Below are positions 55,115 through 64,000 of a DNA stretch of 64,000 nucleotides, piece by piece (positions within the stretch are counted from its first letter, which is position 1; every line of letters begins with the position of its first letter). The stretch is from a virus (lineage: Duplodnaviria; Caudoviricetes): the IMG/VR virus record IMGVR_UViG_3300023179_000106, positions 1,675-65,674 of that record; one strand, 5' to 3'. The notes beneath the pieces are model-generated. The model did no database searches and was not told where the DNA came from. It worked only from the letters and a program-made list of their open reading frames with translations. Both the position numbers and the translations under genes were made by a program.

Positions 55115-55212
55115 ATTCAAGAAACAGGATGGGATAAAAAAGTCGTTCGCACTTGATGCGTTCTGGATTGCGCAACAGGGCTATAATCCGGCCGCGGCCG
55201 GGGGAGGGCCGA

Positions 55213-55392
55213 ATGGAAGAGTGGCGTATCGTTTGCAAGATCGCGGAGATGAGGAGCTACATAGCGAGCGACTGGCCGGGCGTACAGGAGAGGAAGAATC
55301 TCTACAAGGCGGTGGCCGAACTAGAAGTTGAACTAAAGAGGATTAGGGATGATGCCGAAAAGGCCAAGTCGAAAAAAGATAAAGAGGCTTGA
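55213..55392 (+). CDS. Small hypothetical protein
   Basis: ATG 55213 after GGAGGG. Confidence 0.45.
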   Translation: MEEWRIVCKIAEMRSYIASDWPGVQERKNLYKAVAELEVELKRIRDDAEKAKSKKDKEA

Positions 55393-55534
55393 GAGACAGA
55401 GCAGGTTGAGGGACAGATTCGAACTCTGGGTCTGTCGCCACAACCACAAGATGGAGCTCGTGCGAACCCTGACCAGCGTAATGGGGCTGGTGGTCTCGTC
55501 CATAGTCATGATGAAGGTTTTCGGCATAATTTGA
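55349..55534 (+). CDS. Small basic protein with a C-terminal TM helix
   Basis: K/R-rich N-terminus; ends LTSVMGLVVSSIVMMKVFGII. Confidence 0.5.
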   Translation: MMPKRPSRKKIKRLERQSRLRDRFELWVCRHNHKMELVRTLTSVMGLVVSSIVMMKVFGII

Positions 55535-55636
55535 TTTGTCGACGCGAATGCGACGCGTATTGTTGTGGAAAATAGTGCTTCCAAAACATATGCAATTGCC
55601 ATCGGCCTCCTTCTAAATAACATAAAAGGAGGCCGT

Positions 55637-56176
55637 ATGTTTTCCAGCAGCAAACTGGTGTTCGCCTGTGATTTGAATCAGAATTCCTCAAACCCGAACA
55701 ATCCAGGCGACGACTGCAATCCGGCCTTGTTCGACCAGAATGGATACCCACAGACATGCGGACTCTGGTATGTGGAGCTGCCGAGCATGCTACAGTCGGT
55801 CGTGATAGAAGGAATCCAAGGGATCGACCCGCAGAGCGTATACACGCAGTGCGTGTTTTCGACTGATTCTCAAGGGCAAGCCCTGAAACAGTGCATAATG
55901 TACTTCACAGACTCAACATTCGGTTTTCAGCCAGGGATTCCCGCGGCCAACCGCACTGTCGCCGTGAACCTCTCGACCGGAACCCTATCTAGAGGGGCCA
56001 TAAGCCTGCTTTTGACCAACGATCCCACGGATTTCGAATGCCCACTGGGCACCTACTTCACCGGGGGCGGAAACTACGGATCTGGCACCTGCCTGGCAAT
56101 CAGATGCTGCGGTGGCCCATGCGCGTCCAGCGGTGATGCATCAAGGTGCGGCACATGCAGACTTGGCACTTGTTGA
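55637..56176 (+). CDS. Cys-rich hypothetical protein
   Basis: SD AGGAGG before ATG 55637; ends CLAIRCCGGPC..CGTCRLGTC. Confidence 0.6.
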   Translation: MFSSSKLVFACDLNQNSSNPNNPGDDCNPALFDQNGYPQTCGLWYVELPSMLQSVVIEGIQGIDPQSVYTQCVFSTDSQGQALKQCIMYFTDSTFGFQPGIPAANRTVAVNLSTGTLSRGAISLLLTNDPTDFECPLGTYFTGGGNYGSGTCLAIRCCGGPCASSGDASRCGTCRLGTC

Positions 56177-56274
56177 GGACGGCCTGTCGCCAACGCGAAC
56201 AAAAAGCGCCTTCGCCATTATTTGGCGGTTATCATACTTTCACCCTGAAAAACATTGATTATTCCGCCGCAATA

Positions 56275-56282
56275 CATAAATA
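56275..56282 (+). promoter_or_regulatory. Putative late promoter CATAAATA
   Basis: 4 nt before ATG 56287. Confidence 0.55.
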
Positions 56283-56286
56283 GGGC

Positions 56287-56961
56287 ATGTTTGCATTTAG
56301 GGAATGGCTCATGAACGAGGCCGCCATGGGCCCCAACAGCATCCGTTACGACGCCCAAGGCAGGCCGAACTTCCGAGTTTACATAATGAACGACGGCGGA
56401 CTCGTAGGCCTTGAGACGCTGCAGAATGGCCAATACAAGTTCGCGGGAGACATGTTCAGCAACATCTTCGGGGACTCAAGCCTATTGAGGGGCCGAAAGA
56501 TATTCAACTGGCATTCCGACCTCCCCGAGGGTTCGGGCTACGGCCCAATGTTCTACGACATATGCATGGAAATCGCGACGATCAAGGGAGGTCACCTCGC
56601 CTCCATGACGCTCGTGAATCGACTCGCGCTCGTAAGTTCGGGGAAGGACTTCGACTACGAACAGTCGAAAGAGAGGAAGGGCGCCTCCATGGGCGACACG
56701 AGCGACAGGGCGGAGCCGATCTATAAGTTCTATTACGAGAAGAGGGGCGATGTCGAAAAGGTCGACCCCGGTGTCAGGGTGGCCAAGCTGCGAGCCGCGG
56801 CGGACAGGGCGGGGATACCGAAAACCCAGCAGAGCAACCTGAAGGGCCATATGGTCGGAGGCGTTGTGGTCTCCGTCAACAGCAGGAAAGTACGCCTGAC
56901 GCCCGATGAGGCCGAGAACTTAAAGTTCGCCCAGGAGTTAGCAAGGAGAATGGGCAACTAG
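56287..56961 (+). CDS. Candidate internal head protein with a GNAT-like motif
   Basis: Starts MFAFREWLMNE; GSGYGPMFYD..S..A..IY pattern. Confidence 0.6.
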   Translation: MFAFREWLMNEAAMGPNSIRYDAQGRPNFRVYIMNDGGLVGLETLQNGQYKFAGDMFSNIFGDSSLLRGRKIFNWHSDLPEGSGYGPMFYDICMEIATIKGGHLASMTLVNRLALVSSGKDFDYEQSKERKGASMGDTSDRAEPIYKFYYEKRGDVEKVDPGVRVAKLRAAADRAGIPKTQQSNLKGHMVGGVVVSVNSRKVRLTPDEAENLKFAQELARRMGN

Positions 56962-58091
56962 AAGCCGACCTTGTTCTCCTGCTTCTCGACATGGAAGTTG
57001 TCGTCGGGGTTATATATCTCCGCGAGCGTCATGGGGCCAGATGCCCTTCTCCCGTCGCCGACCCTCTCCAAGACCCTGTTCGACGCCTCTTCGGAGAGCG
57101 GGCCGAAGTGGTGCTCCACGAGCAGCCTGCCCTTCCTGACGAGGGCGGAGTCGATCCTCTCCCTGTCTATGTTGAAGGTCGCGATCACCATGACGTTCAG
57201 GCAGTCGCCGAGGATGCCGTCCGTGATGTTCAGGATGTTGCTGATGGCCGTGTTGTCCTGCTCGTCGCGGGCACGCAGCACCTTCTCCGCGTCCTCAAGC
57301 AGAAGGACGCAATCCCTGTGTCTCATGATGAAGGTGAGAAAGTCTGGGCTGGTCAGGTGGTCCGCCGCCCCGCTGGACAGGTAGATGACCTTCCTCGTGG
57401 TCTTGGTGGTGAGGTACTTGATGAAGGTGCTCTTGCCCGTCCCCGGGTCGCCCGACAGCAGCACCAGGCCGTTCTTGTCGGCGGACAGCTCGCCGACGAT
57501 CTTGTCGAACTTCATGGAGGCCTCGGCCCCGTAGTTCAACTCCAGGTCGACGCCTGCGCGAGGGAGCTTGACGTTGAACCTCTGGAGCATGAGCATGCCG
57601 TCCATGCTGCACAGGAGGTGGACGTTGCCCTTCCTCTTGCGTTCGGACTCCCGCGATATCAGGCGCAACGCCGAATCAAGCTCCCAGGGGCGGGAGTAGA
57701 CTATCTTGCATCGGTAGCCTTCCCCGACTTCTTCCCGCTCGTCGTTGCCGTCCTCGCCTTCGTCGTCGTCGTCCCTTTCGGAGAACTCGAAGCGGTGGAT
57801 TAGCCCCTCCTTCCTGAAGAAGTAGACCAGGGCGCCCTCCAGTTGGTAGCACGCCTCGGACGGGGCCACCACCTTCTGTCCCTTCACGAGGCGCTCCGTC
57901 TCGCAGAGGAAAATCCTCCTGGCGCCAGCCTTTTCAAGGGCCTCCAACGAGCAGGGCTTCACCAGATTCGCGAACTCGTACATATCCGGGTGGGACCCGA
58001 ACTTCTCCATGTAGTAGTACAGGAGGTTGAAGTACGTGCCGTAGTCGGAGGGCGAGGCCTTGCGGGCGAATGGGTTGAAGTCCTTCTTCAT
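56958..58091 (-). CDS. AAA+ ATPase
   Basis: GDPGTGKST (Walker A), LLLEDAE (Walker B), ATFN..IDSALVRKGRL (SRH). Confidence 0.88.
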   Translation of the reverse strand: MKKDFNPFARKASPSDYGTYFNLLYYYMEKFGSHPDMYEFANLVKPCSLEALEKAGARRIFLCETERLVKGQKVVAPSEACYQLEGALVYFFRKEGLIHRFEFSERDDDDEGEDGNDEREEVGEGYRCKIVYSRPWELDSALRLISRESERKRKGNVHLLCSMDGMLMLQRFNVKLPRAGVDLELNYGAEASMKFDKIVGELSADKNGLVLLSGDPGTGKSTFIKYLTTKTTRKVIYLSSGAADHLTSPDFLTFIMRHRDCVLLLEDAEKVLRARDEQDNTAISNILNITDGILGDCLNVMVIATFNIDRERIDSALVRKGRLLVEHHFGPLSEEASNRVLERVGDGRRASGPMTLAEIYNPDDNFHVEKQENKVGF

Positions 58092-58275
58092 GGACGAGGA
58101 TTGTAAGCGCAAAGGAAGAAAAACGCAACACTTGCTACGAAACCTCGGTTAATAGGCATAACTACCCTACATCCGCGAGTTGTAGGGTGCCGCCAATTAA
58201 AAAACGGAGGCAGAAGCATACATAGTACCTAGCTCCGGCTTTCCAGAGCGGCAGCAGAAGAATCAGGAGTAAATA

Positions 58276-60084
58276 ATGAAAAGAAAACTGATCGAGTTCG
58301 AAGCCTTCCGCAAGATCAGGGAGGGCTCGCTTTCCAACACGCAGACCGAGCTTGAGGCCGCCGCGCCGCTGCTCGCCGCCGCCCTAGAGGTCGACGGGCT
58401 CGCGCTAGAGTCGTTCGACACGGAAGGGGCGCTCTTCGAGTCGCCCTCGGGCGAATTCGTACACGCAAACTACGCCATCCGCAACGGATTCGTGCAGTTC
58501 GACAACGTCGAGCAGCTCGTCCTCAACGAGGAGACGGAGGCCAAGGCCAGCCGTGAAATCCTGTCCGGCATGCTTGACGCGCTCATCGAGAGCGACGAGG
58601 CCAAGGCCGACGCCCTGTTCGGCGAGTGGATGGGCCTCCCGAGGACCAAGGGCCTCTTCAGCGAGGCCAGGAAGCTCCGCAGCGCGCCGAAGTACAAGAC
58701 CGTGGGCGGGAAGAAGAAGATCGTCGGCTACCGCAAGGTGCGCTGGAGCGACACCCCCAAGCACCACGAGAGCAGCAGCAAGACACTCAAGAGGATGCGG
58801 AGCAAGAAGATCAACAACCGCAGGATGCCCCCGGGGCTCAAGAAGTTCCTCAAGATGAAGCGCTCGCAGGTAAACCGCTCGATCGGCAAGAGCATGAAGG
58901 AGTGGACCGTCATCGCGGAGAACGTGCTCGGGTTCGTCGACCTCCAGGTCAACGGGCCGGACGTCAACCGCGTCGAGGTGCTCCGCAAGTACGGCGAGAT
59001 CGCATCCGTCAGGGTTCCGACCGTGGCCCTCCGCAACGAGGCCAGAATCCTCAAGTTCGACTGGAAGACCATGAACACCGACGTCGCCATCAAGAGACGC
59101 GACAGCAAGAGAATGCACGAGAGCGAGGAATTCGCCAAGACGGCCTCCGACCTCCGCAAGCTCAATGCCCTCTCCGACTCCAAGGGTTTCGAGACCGCCC
59201 TTGAGAACGCCGTCGCCAGGTTCCCCGGCGTGGTATACCTCACCCAGGACGAGCTCGCCAACGGCGTCAAGACGGCTCTCGAGGCCGTCGGCGACAGCAA
59301 CTTCGACGACGAGGCATGCGCCTTCATCGCCGAGGGGCTCCTCCGAACGGCGCACGACTCGTTCGCCGACAGGATCGCCAAGATCGTCAAGCTGGCCGGC
59401 GGGAAGCTCAACGAGCAGGCCGCCGACCCGTACGCCGAGTTCCGCAACATAGCAGACCAGTTCTACGCCACGCTCGACGAACAGGCCGAACTTGAGATGC
59501 AGGCGTTCGTCGACGTGTACGAGTCGCTCCGCCAGGTCCACGAGCTCGCCAAAGAGGAGAAAAACGAGGACGTGGCCAACGAGACGGCCGCCCACCTCGA
59601 CGCCCTCCTCCCGATCGTGTCAGGCAAGACCGGACTCGACCTCGAGGTGCTCGGCGAGGCCGCCGAGTGGCTCTACGACGTCGTGGAGGCCACGCAGCCA
59701 GAGGAGTGGAAGGTGTCCGAGCCGGTCGTGAGCGCCATGGGCGACCACCCCGAGCTCGCCAAGAAGGGCCGCCACTCGCAGTCGCCGGCTGACATGGAGG
59801 GGTCTACACCCGACGCCCACCACACCAGCGACGGCAAGGACTACAAGGGCGCCGCCGCAAGCGAACTGGCCAACGACGGCTGGAGCAACATGGGCGGCGA
59901 CGGCGTCTACCCCGAGATCGACAACCCCTACGTCCCCAAGGCCGAAGTGCCGAAGATCGTGGGCGATAAGGACGTCGACTCCGACAGCGGGCAGCTCGCC
60001 CACTGGGGGGACAACGACACATGGCCGAACCTGCAGAACCCCTATTCAAAGGCCTCGGTGACCCCGAAGTCCGTCAAGGAGTGA
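58276..60084 (+). CDS. Prohead core protein (putative)
   Basis: SD AGGAG; directly upstream of gp21; acidic with an internal very basic segment; many hxE sites. Confidence 0.65.
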   Translation: MKRKLIEFEAFRKIREGSLSNTQTELEAAAPLLAAALEVDGLALESFDTEGALFESPSGEFVHANYAIRNGFVQFDNVEQLVLNEETEAKASREILSGMLDALIESDEAKADALFGEWMGLPRTKGLFSEARKLRSAPKYKTVGGKKKIVGYRKVRWSDTPKHHESSSKTLKRMRSKKINNRRMPPGLKKFLKMKRSQVNRSIGKSMKEWTVIAENVLGFVDLQVNGPDVNRVEVLRKYGEIASVRVPTVALRNEARILKFDWKTMNTDVAIKRRDSKRMHESEEFAKTASDLRKLNALSDSKGFETALENAVARFPGVVYLTQDELANGVKTALEAVGDSNFDDEACAFIAEGLLRTAHDSFADRIAKIVKLAGGKLNEQAADPYAEFRNIADQFYATLDEQAELEMQAFVDVYESLRQVHELAKEEKNEDVANETAAHLDALLPIVSGKTGLDLEVLGEAAEWLYDVVEATQPEEWKVSEPVVSAMGDHPELAKKGRHSQSPADMEGSTPDAHHTSDGKDYKGAAASELANDGWSNMGGDGVYPEIDNPYVPKAEVPKIVGDKDVDSDSGQLAHWGDNDTWPNLQNPYSKASVTPKSVKE

Positions 60085-60085
60085 T

Positions 60086-60793
60086 ATGAAGCTACTTCTG
60101 GAGCACGAACTGACCCCGGGATCGGTGTTCGAGAACAGGCTCATCCTGGGCGGGGGCGCCGTCCTCAACGAGATGGACCTGCACGAGGCCACCGGGGCCG
60201 GCGGACTCGTCAAGTTCCGCGGCAAGTTCCAGGAGGCCGACGCGGTCAACAAGAACAAGAGAACCTACCCGTTCAACATCCTCAACGACAACGTGAAGGG
60301 ACTCCAAGAGACCATCAAGAACGGCGGGCTGATCGGCGAACTCGACCACCCCACCGACTCGATCGTCCACTTCGCAAACGCCAGCCACAAGATCACCAGA
60401 CTCTGGTGGGAGGGCAAGACCCTCATGGGCGAGGGCGTCATTCTGAACACACCCCACGGCAAGATTCTCAAGGCGCTCATCAACGACGGCGTCAGGGTTG
60501 GCATCTCCAGCCGCGGGGTGGGCAACGGTAAGGTCAACGAGGAAGGCATCCTCGTCATCGGCGAGAGCTACAAGCTCATCACCTTCGACGCGGTCGCCGA
60601 CCCCAGCACCAGCCAGGCGTTCCAGGAGAAAGTAGTCTCCAAGGAGAGCGTGGTCCACGCGGCTGCCCCGGAGGAAGCGCGCGTGTCAGTGAAAAATGAA
60701 GCCAGCGGCATACATACCCTGAACAAGGACATAGTTCTTGCCGCCCTCGGCGGAATCATCCAGAAACAGGCCAAAGCCATAAAGAGAGGTTGA
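60086..60793 (+). CDS. gp21: Prohead core protease
   Basis: NKNKRTYP, GELDHP, GISSRGVG, FDAVADPST. Confidence 0.93.
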   Translation: MKLLLEHELTPGSVFENRLILGGGAVLNEMDLHEATGAGGLVKFRGKFQEADAVNKNKRTYPFNILNDNVKGLQETIKNGGLIGELDHPTDSIVHFANASHKITRLWWEGKTLMGEGVILNTPHGKILKALINDGVRVGISSRGVGNGKVNEEGILVIGESYKLITFDAVADPSTSQAFQEKVVSKESVVHAAAPEEARVSVKNEASGIHTLNKDIVLAALGGIIQKQAKAIKRG

Positions 60794-60798
60794 ATCAC

Positions 60799-61716
60799 AT
60801 GGAAAAGATTGTTGAAGCTTTGACTAAGCTGCTCCCCGAGGACGCGGTCGCCGAGGTGACTGAGGCTGTCAAGAACGAACTCGAGACCGCCAAGCAGGCC
60901 CTCGAGACCGAGTACACCACCAAGCTCGAAGAGGCCTACGCGGAACTCTCCGACGAGCTCAAGGGCGCCGAAGAGACCGCCATCAAGGGCTACAAGGAGG
61001 CGTACGCCATCATCACCGACCTGCGCGCCAGGCTTGAGACCCAGCAGAAGGAGTTCGAGGCCAGCATGGAGGAAGGTTACGAAGAGGCCTACCAAATGCT
61101 CCAGGCCGAGAAGAGCAAGAACGAGAACCTGGAAGTCGAGATGTACGACACCTTCGACAAGAAGCTCCAGGAGATGAAGGAGTACATGGTCGACAAGGTC
61201 GACCAGTTCCTCCAGTACAAGGGCTCGGAGATCTACGAGAGCGCCCGCAAGGAGCTCGAGGGCGACCCGCGCACCAACGAACACAAGGTCGCCCTCGACA
61301 AGATCGTCGAGGCAGTGGCCAGCTACATCGGAGAGGAAGGCGTCGCGGCGACCGACTCGGCCAAGGCCGACGAGCTCGCCCGCAAGGTCGAGGAGATCAA
61401 GGCCCAGGTCAAGATCCTCGAGGCCCGCAACATACGCCTCAGCTCCGAGAACACCAAGCTTACCGAGGCAGTCCGCGAGACCCAGAAGGTCATCACGGAA
61501 AGCGCCAAAGCCGAGAAGAAAGAAAGAACCGAAAGAGCGAAGAATGTGCAGGGGAGAGGACGTGCCGTCAGCGAGGCGGAGGTCGTCGCCGAATGGACCG
61601 GAGACAAGACCGCCAAGCCCGAGAAGGGCAACGCCGACAACACCCTGGTCGAGAGCATCGACCCGGACCTGCTTCGTCAAATGCAGGTTCTAGCCGGGAC
61701 GAAGAAGGAAGACTAA
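60799..61716 (+). CDS. gp22: Prohead scaffolding protein
   Basis: Acidic coiled coil with MVDKVDQFLQY, located between protease and capsid genes. Confidence 0.8.
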   Translation: MEKIVEALTKLLPEDAVAEVTEAVKNELETAKQALETEYTTKLEEAYAELSDELKGAEETAIKGYKEAYAIITDLRARLETQQKEFEASMEEGYEEAYQMLQAEKSKNENLEVEMYDTFDKKLQEMKEYMVDKVDQFLQYKGSEIYESARKELEGDPRTNEHKVALDKIVEAVASYIGEEGVAATDSAKADELARKVEEIKAQVKILEARNIRLSSENTKLTEAVRETQKVITESAKAEKKERTERAKNVQGRGRAVSEAEVVAEWTGDKTAKPEKGNADNTLVESIDPDLLRQMQVLAGTKKED

Positions 61717-61754
61717 GGGAAACCATTTCTAGTTAAACCAAGGAGAATTACCAA

Positions 61755-63182
61755 ATGCAAGCTAATGCAAAGTTCCTGAATGAAGCAAGGGAGCTGGAAT
61801 CTCGTTGGGCGCAGACAGGTTTGCTAGAGAACATCACAGACAAGTACACACGTTCTTGCACTGCCGTTCTCCTCGAAAACCAGCGCCTCATCAACGAGTC
61901 CAGCACCGACTCGGGCGACGTCGCCCAGTTCAAGAGGATCTCGATTCCGCTCGTGCGCAGAATCTATCCGCAGCTGATCGCCAACAAGGTCGTCTCGGTC
62001 CAGCCGTTGCTCGGCCCGACCGGCCTCGTGTACTACCTCCGCTTTCGCTACGGTAGCAACAAGGGTTCGGTACGCGGAGCCACCAAGAGCGGCTTCCCGA
62101 CCGACGACGTCAACTCGCTCCAGCAGCTCGCCTCCGGCGACGCCAACCTGAGCGTGTACTACTCGCACCAGTTCGTCGAGAACGAGTCGAGCGCGACCGA
62201 CGCGGGCGGCACCAGCACGTCCCACGTCCTCGAGCACACGCCCGTCCTCGCCGGCACCGTGACAGGTACCGTCTATGACGGCACCGTCGCCGTCCAGACC
62301 TTCGTGGTCTCGGAAAGCGGCTCGTTCACGTTCAACGACATCGGCACCCCCGCCAACAAGGTCACCGGCGCAACGCTGAACCTGACCACCGGCGAGATGG
62401 CCCTGACGTGGAACAACGACCCGGGCGCCAACCGTGTTGTCGTCTCGTACGAGTACAACATGGAATGCAACCAGGACCTCCCCGAAATCAACCTCGTGGT
62501 TGAGAGCGAGGAGATCGCGGCCAAGACCCGCAAGCTGAAGGCCGTCTGGAGCTACGAAGCCCAGCAGGACCTCCGCTCGCAGCACAACCTCGACGCCGAG
62601 GCTGAGCTTACCGCCGTCCTGGCCCAGGAGATCAATCTCGAGATCGACCGTGAGGTTCTCTCGGACCTGCGCAACAACGCCGGCACCGTGGCCTCGTGGG
62701 ACTTCAACACCGCCCTTGGTGACACCATCAAGGAAAAGTACGAGTCCCTCTACGTCAAGGTCGTCGAGGTCAGCAACGTGGTGCATCGCAAGACGCTCCG
62801 CGGCGGCTGCAACTGGCTCGTGACCAGCCCCGAAGTCGCCTCGATCTTCGAGACGGCCACCGCTGGCTTCGCCCCGGCTCCGTCGGAAGGCTTCACCTCG
62901 TCGCTCGGCATCCAGTATGTCGGCACCGTGAACAACCGCTGGAGGCTCTACAAGGATCCGCTGTTCCCGACGGGACAGATCCTCATGGGCTATAAGGGCG
63001 ACTCGTACATGGACAGTGGTTACTTCTACTGCCCGTACGTGCCACTCACCCAGACGCCAGTCGTACTCGATCCCGAGTCCTTCTGCCCGCGTAAGGGAAT
63101 TTTAACAAGGTACGGGAAGAAGCTTCTGAGAGAAGGCGCCAAATTCTACGCCCGCCTCTCGATAGCCAATTTCGTGATTTAG
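61755..63182 (+). CDS. gp23: Major capsid protein
   Basis: AVLLENQ, PLVRRIYPQLIA..VQPLLGPTG, AKTRKLKAVWS.EAQQDL, EINLEIDRE, FYCPYVPL, GILTRYG. Confidence 0.97.
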   Translation: MQANAKFLNEARELESRWAQTGLLENITDKYTRSCTAVLLENQRLINESSTDSGDVAQFKRISIPLVRRIYPQLIANKVVSVQPLLGPTGLVYYLRFRYGSNKGSVRGATKSGFPTDDVNSLQQLASGDANLSVYYSHQFVENESSATDAGGTSTSHVLEHTPVLAGTVTGTVYDGTVAVQTFVVSESGSFTFNDIGTPANKVTGATLNLTTGEMALTWNNDPGANRVVVSYEYNMECNQDLPEINLVVESEEIAAKTRKLKAVWSYEAQQDLRSQHNLDAEAELTAVLAQEINLEIDREVLSDLRNNAGTVASWDFNTALGDTIKEKYESLYVKVVEVSNVVHRKTLRGGCNWLVTSPEVASIFETATAGFAPAPSEGFTSSLGIQYVGTVNNRWRLYKDPLFPTGQILMGYKGDSYMDSGYFYCPYVPLTQTPVVLDPESFCPRKGILTRYGKKLLREGAKFYARLSIANFVI

Positions 63183-63218
63183 GCAAAACCCCTTGTTTTC
63201 AAGGGTTTTTCGAACAAG

Positions 63219-63250
63219 AACCCTCCGGTCGCAAGACCGGGGGGTTTTTT
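63219..63250 (+). terminator. Rho-independent terminator after gp23
   Basis: AACCCTCCGGTC-GCAA-GACCGGGGGGTT followed by a T-tract. Confidence 0.85.
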
Positions 63251-63357
63251 GTTGTACTCACGCGAACTTTGCTCCAAAAGACTGTTTCGTGATTGTGGCA
63301 AAATATTGTTTCGGGAATTCTTGGGATTTGGTACTATGATAGGGAGGAGGAAAAATC

Positions 63358-64000
63358 ATGTACCAAGTCAAATGTCCCGAGTGCGGTAACCAAAGGTCTG
63401 TGCAAGCGAGGAAGCCCTGGATGACGGGGGAGCCTCCCTTCCAGAAGGTTTGCAAGGCGTGCTGCCAGAAAGGAAGGGAGTCAACCAAGGAGTATCGCCT
63501 GAAGATTTCGAAGACCCTGCGAACTTCCCACTCCATGGGCGAAAAGGCGATCGGACTTAAGGAGTTTGAATCGGCCTATGCCGATTTTCTGTCCACAGAA
63601 CGGATTACTATCAAGTGCGGGATAGAGGGGTGCGACGGCGAGGAGACGCTCCGCAAGGACTCCGCCGCTCTGAACATCAAAAAGTACGGCTTGTTCAAGT
63701 GCAGAACCTGCTGCTACACGGAAGAAGGCAGGCGGAGAATCGGCGAAGCCAACTCCTACAAGCGCTCCCCCGAGACCTGCCAGAAGATGGCGGAAGCCAA
63801 GAAGGCCCTCTACGAAACAGAGAAGGGCAAAGAACTCAAGAAGAAGCTTTCGGTCGTGGCCGCGGAGAACCACTCCACCCACAAGTACGATAGGGCCAAG
63901 AGGAGGGGCGTGTTCGAGTCCCAGAAGACCGGCAGGAAGCTCTCCTACGACTCCTCCTACGAACTGCTCCTGTGCTGGATGCTGGACTCGAACACGCCCC
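63358..64000 (+). CDS. Putative free-standing homing endonuclease (Zn fingers, NUMOD3-like segments, TnsA-like nuclease start); 3' end truncated
   Basis: Hand translation from ATG 63358 (SD GGAGG) is open to the window end: CPECG..CKAC, C....C..CRTC, RSPETCQKMAEAKK, GVFESQKTGRKLSYDSSYE..LD. Confidence 0.7.
   Translation, partial: MYQVKCPECGNQRSVQARKPWMTGEPPFQKVCKACCQKGRESTKEYRLKISKTLRTSHSMGEKAIGLKEFESAYADFLSTERITIKCGIEGCDGEETLRKDSAALNIKKYGLFKCRTCCYTEEGRRRIGEANSYKRSPETCQKMAEAKKALYETEKGKELKKKLSVVAAENHSTHKYDRAKRRGVFESQKTGRKLSYDSSYELLLCWMLDSNTP

Noticed and set aside
58164-58188. Hairpin ACCCTACA-N9-TGTAGGGT in the intergenic region before the head operon
   Set aside because: An 8-bp stem without a U-tract; not enough to call an RNA or terminator.
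1-64000. Stop-codon reassignment
   Set aside because: Core genes are full length in code 11 and end in TAG (gp17, gp20, gp23), TGA or TAA.
1-64000. tRNA genes expected near the CCA enzyme
   Set aside because: No cloverleaf recognised in the few intergenic gaps; a tRNAscan run would be needed to exclude them.

Overview
A 64-kb segment of a large, GC-rich, T4-superfamily-like myovirus (probably jumbo-class) in standard genetic code 11. It is not host chromosome. It holds a tail/baseplate module (gp2-like end protector, 2353-aa tape measure, tube initiator, gp53/hub/gp5/gp25/gp6-like wedge proteins, three paralogous PKD-domain fibre-like proteins) and a head module (terminase gp17, intein-containing portal gp20, core protein, protease gp21, scaffold gp22, capsid gp23, then a partial homing endonuclease). 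The accessory genes are unusually rich: a class II tRNA nucleotidyltransferase with a T4 capsid-targeting-like N-terminus, a SET-domain methyltransferase, an actin-fold ATPase operon, MscL, a ferritin-like protein, two unrelated secreted proteases sharing a 21-aa C-terminal tag, a frameshifted HExxH metalloprotease, and a sulfotransferase/2OG-hydroxylase/glycosyltransferase cassette between terminase and portal. All calls come from motif recognition by eye; no database searches were run.
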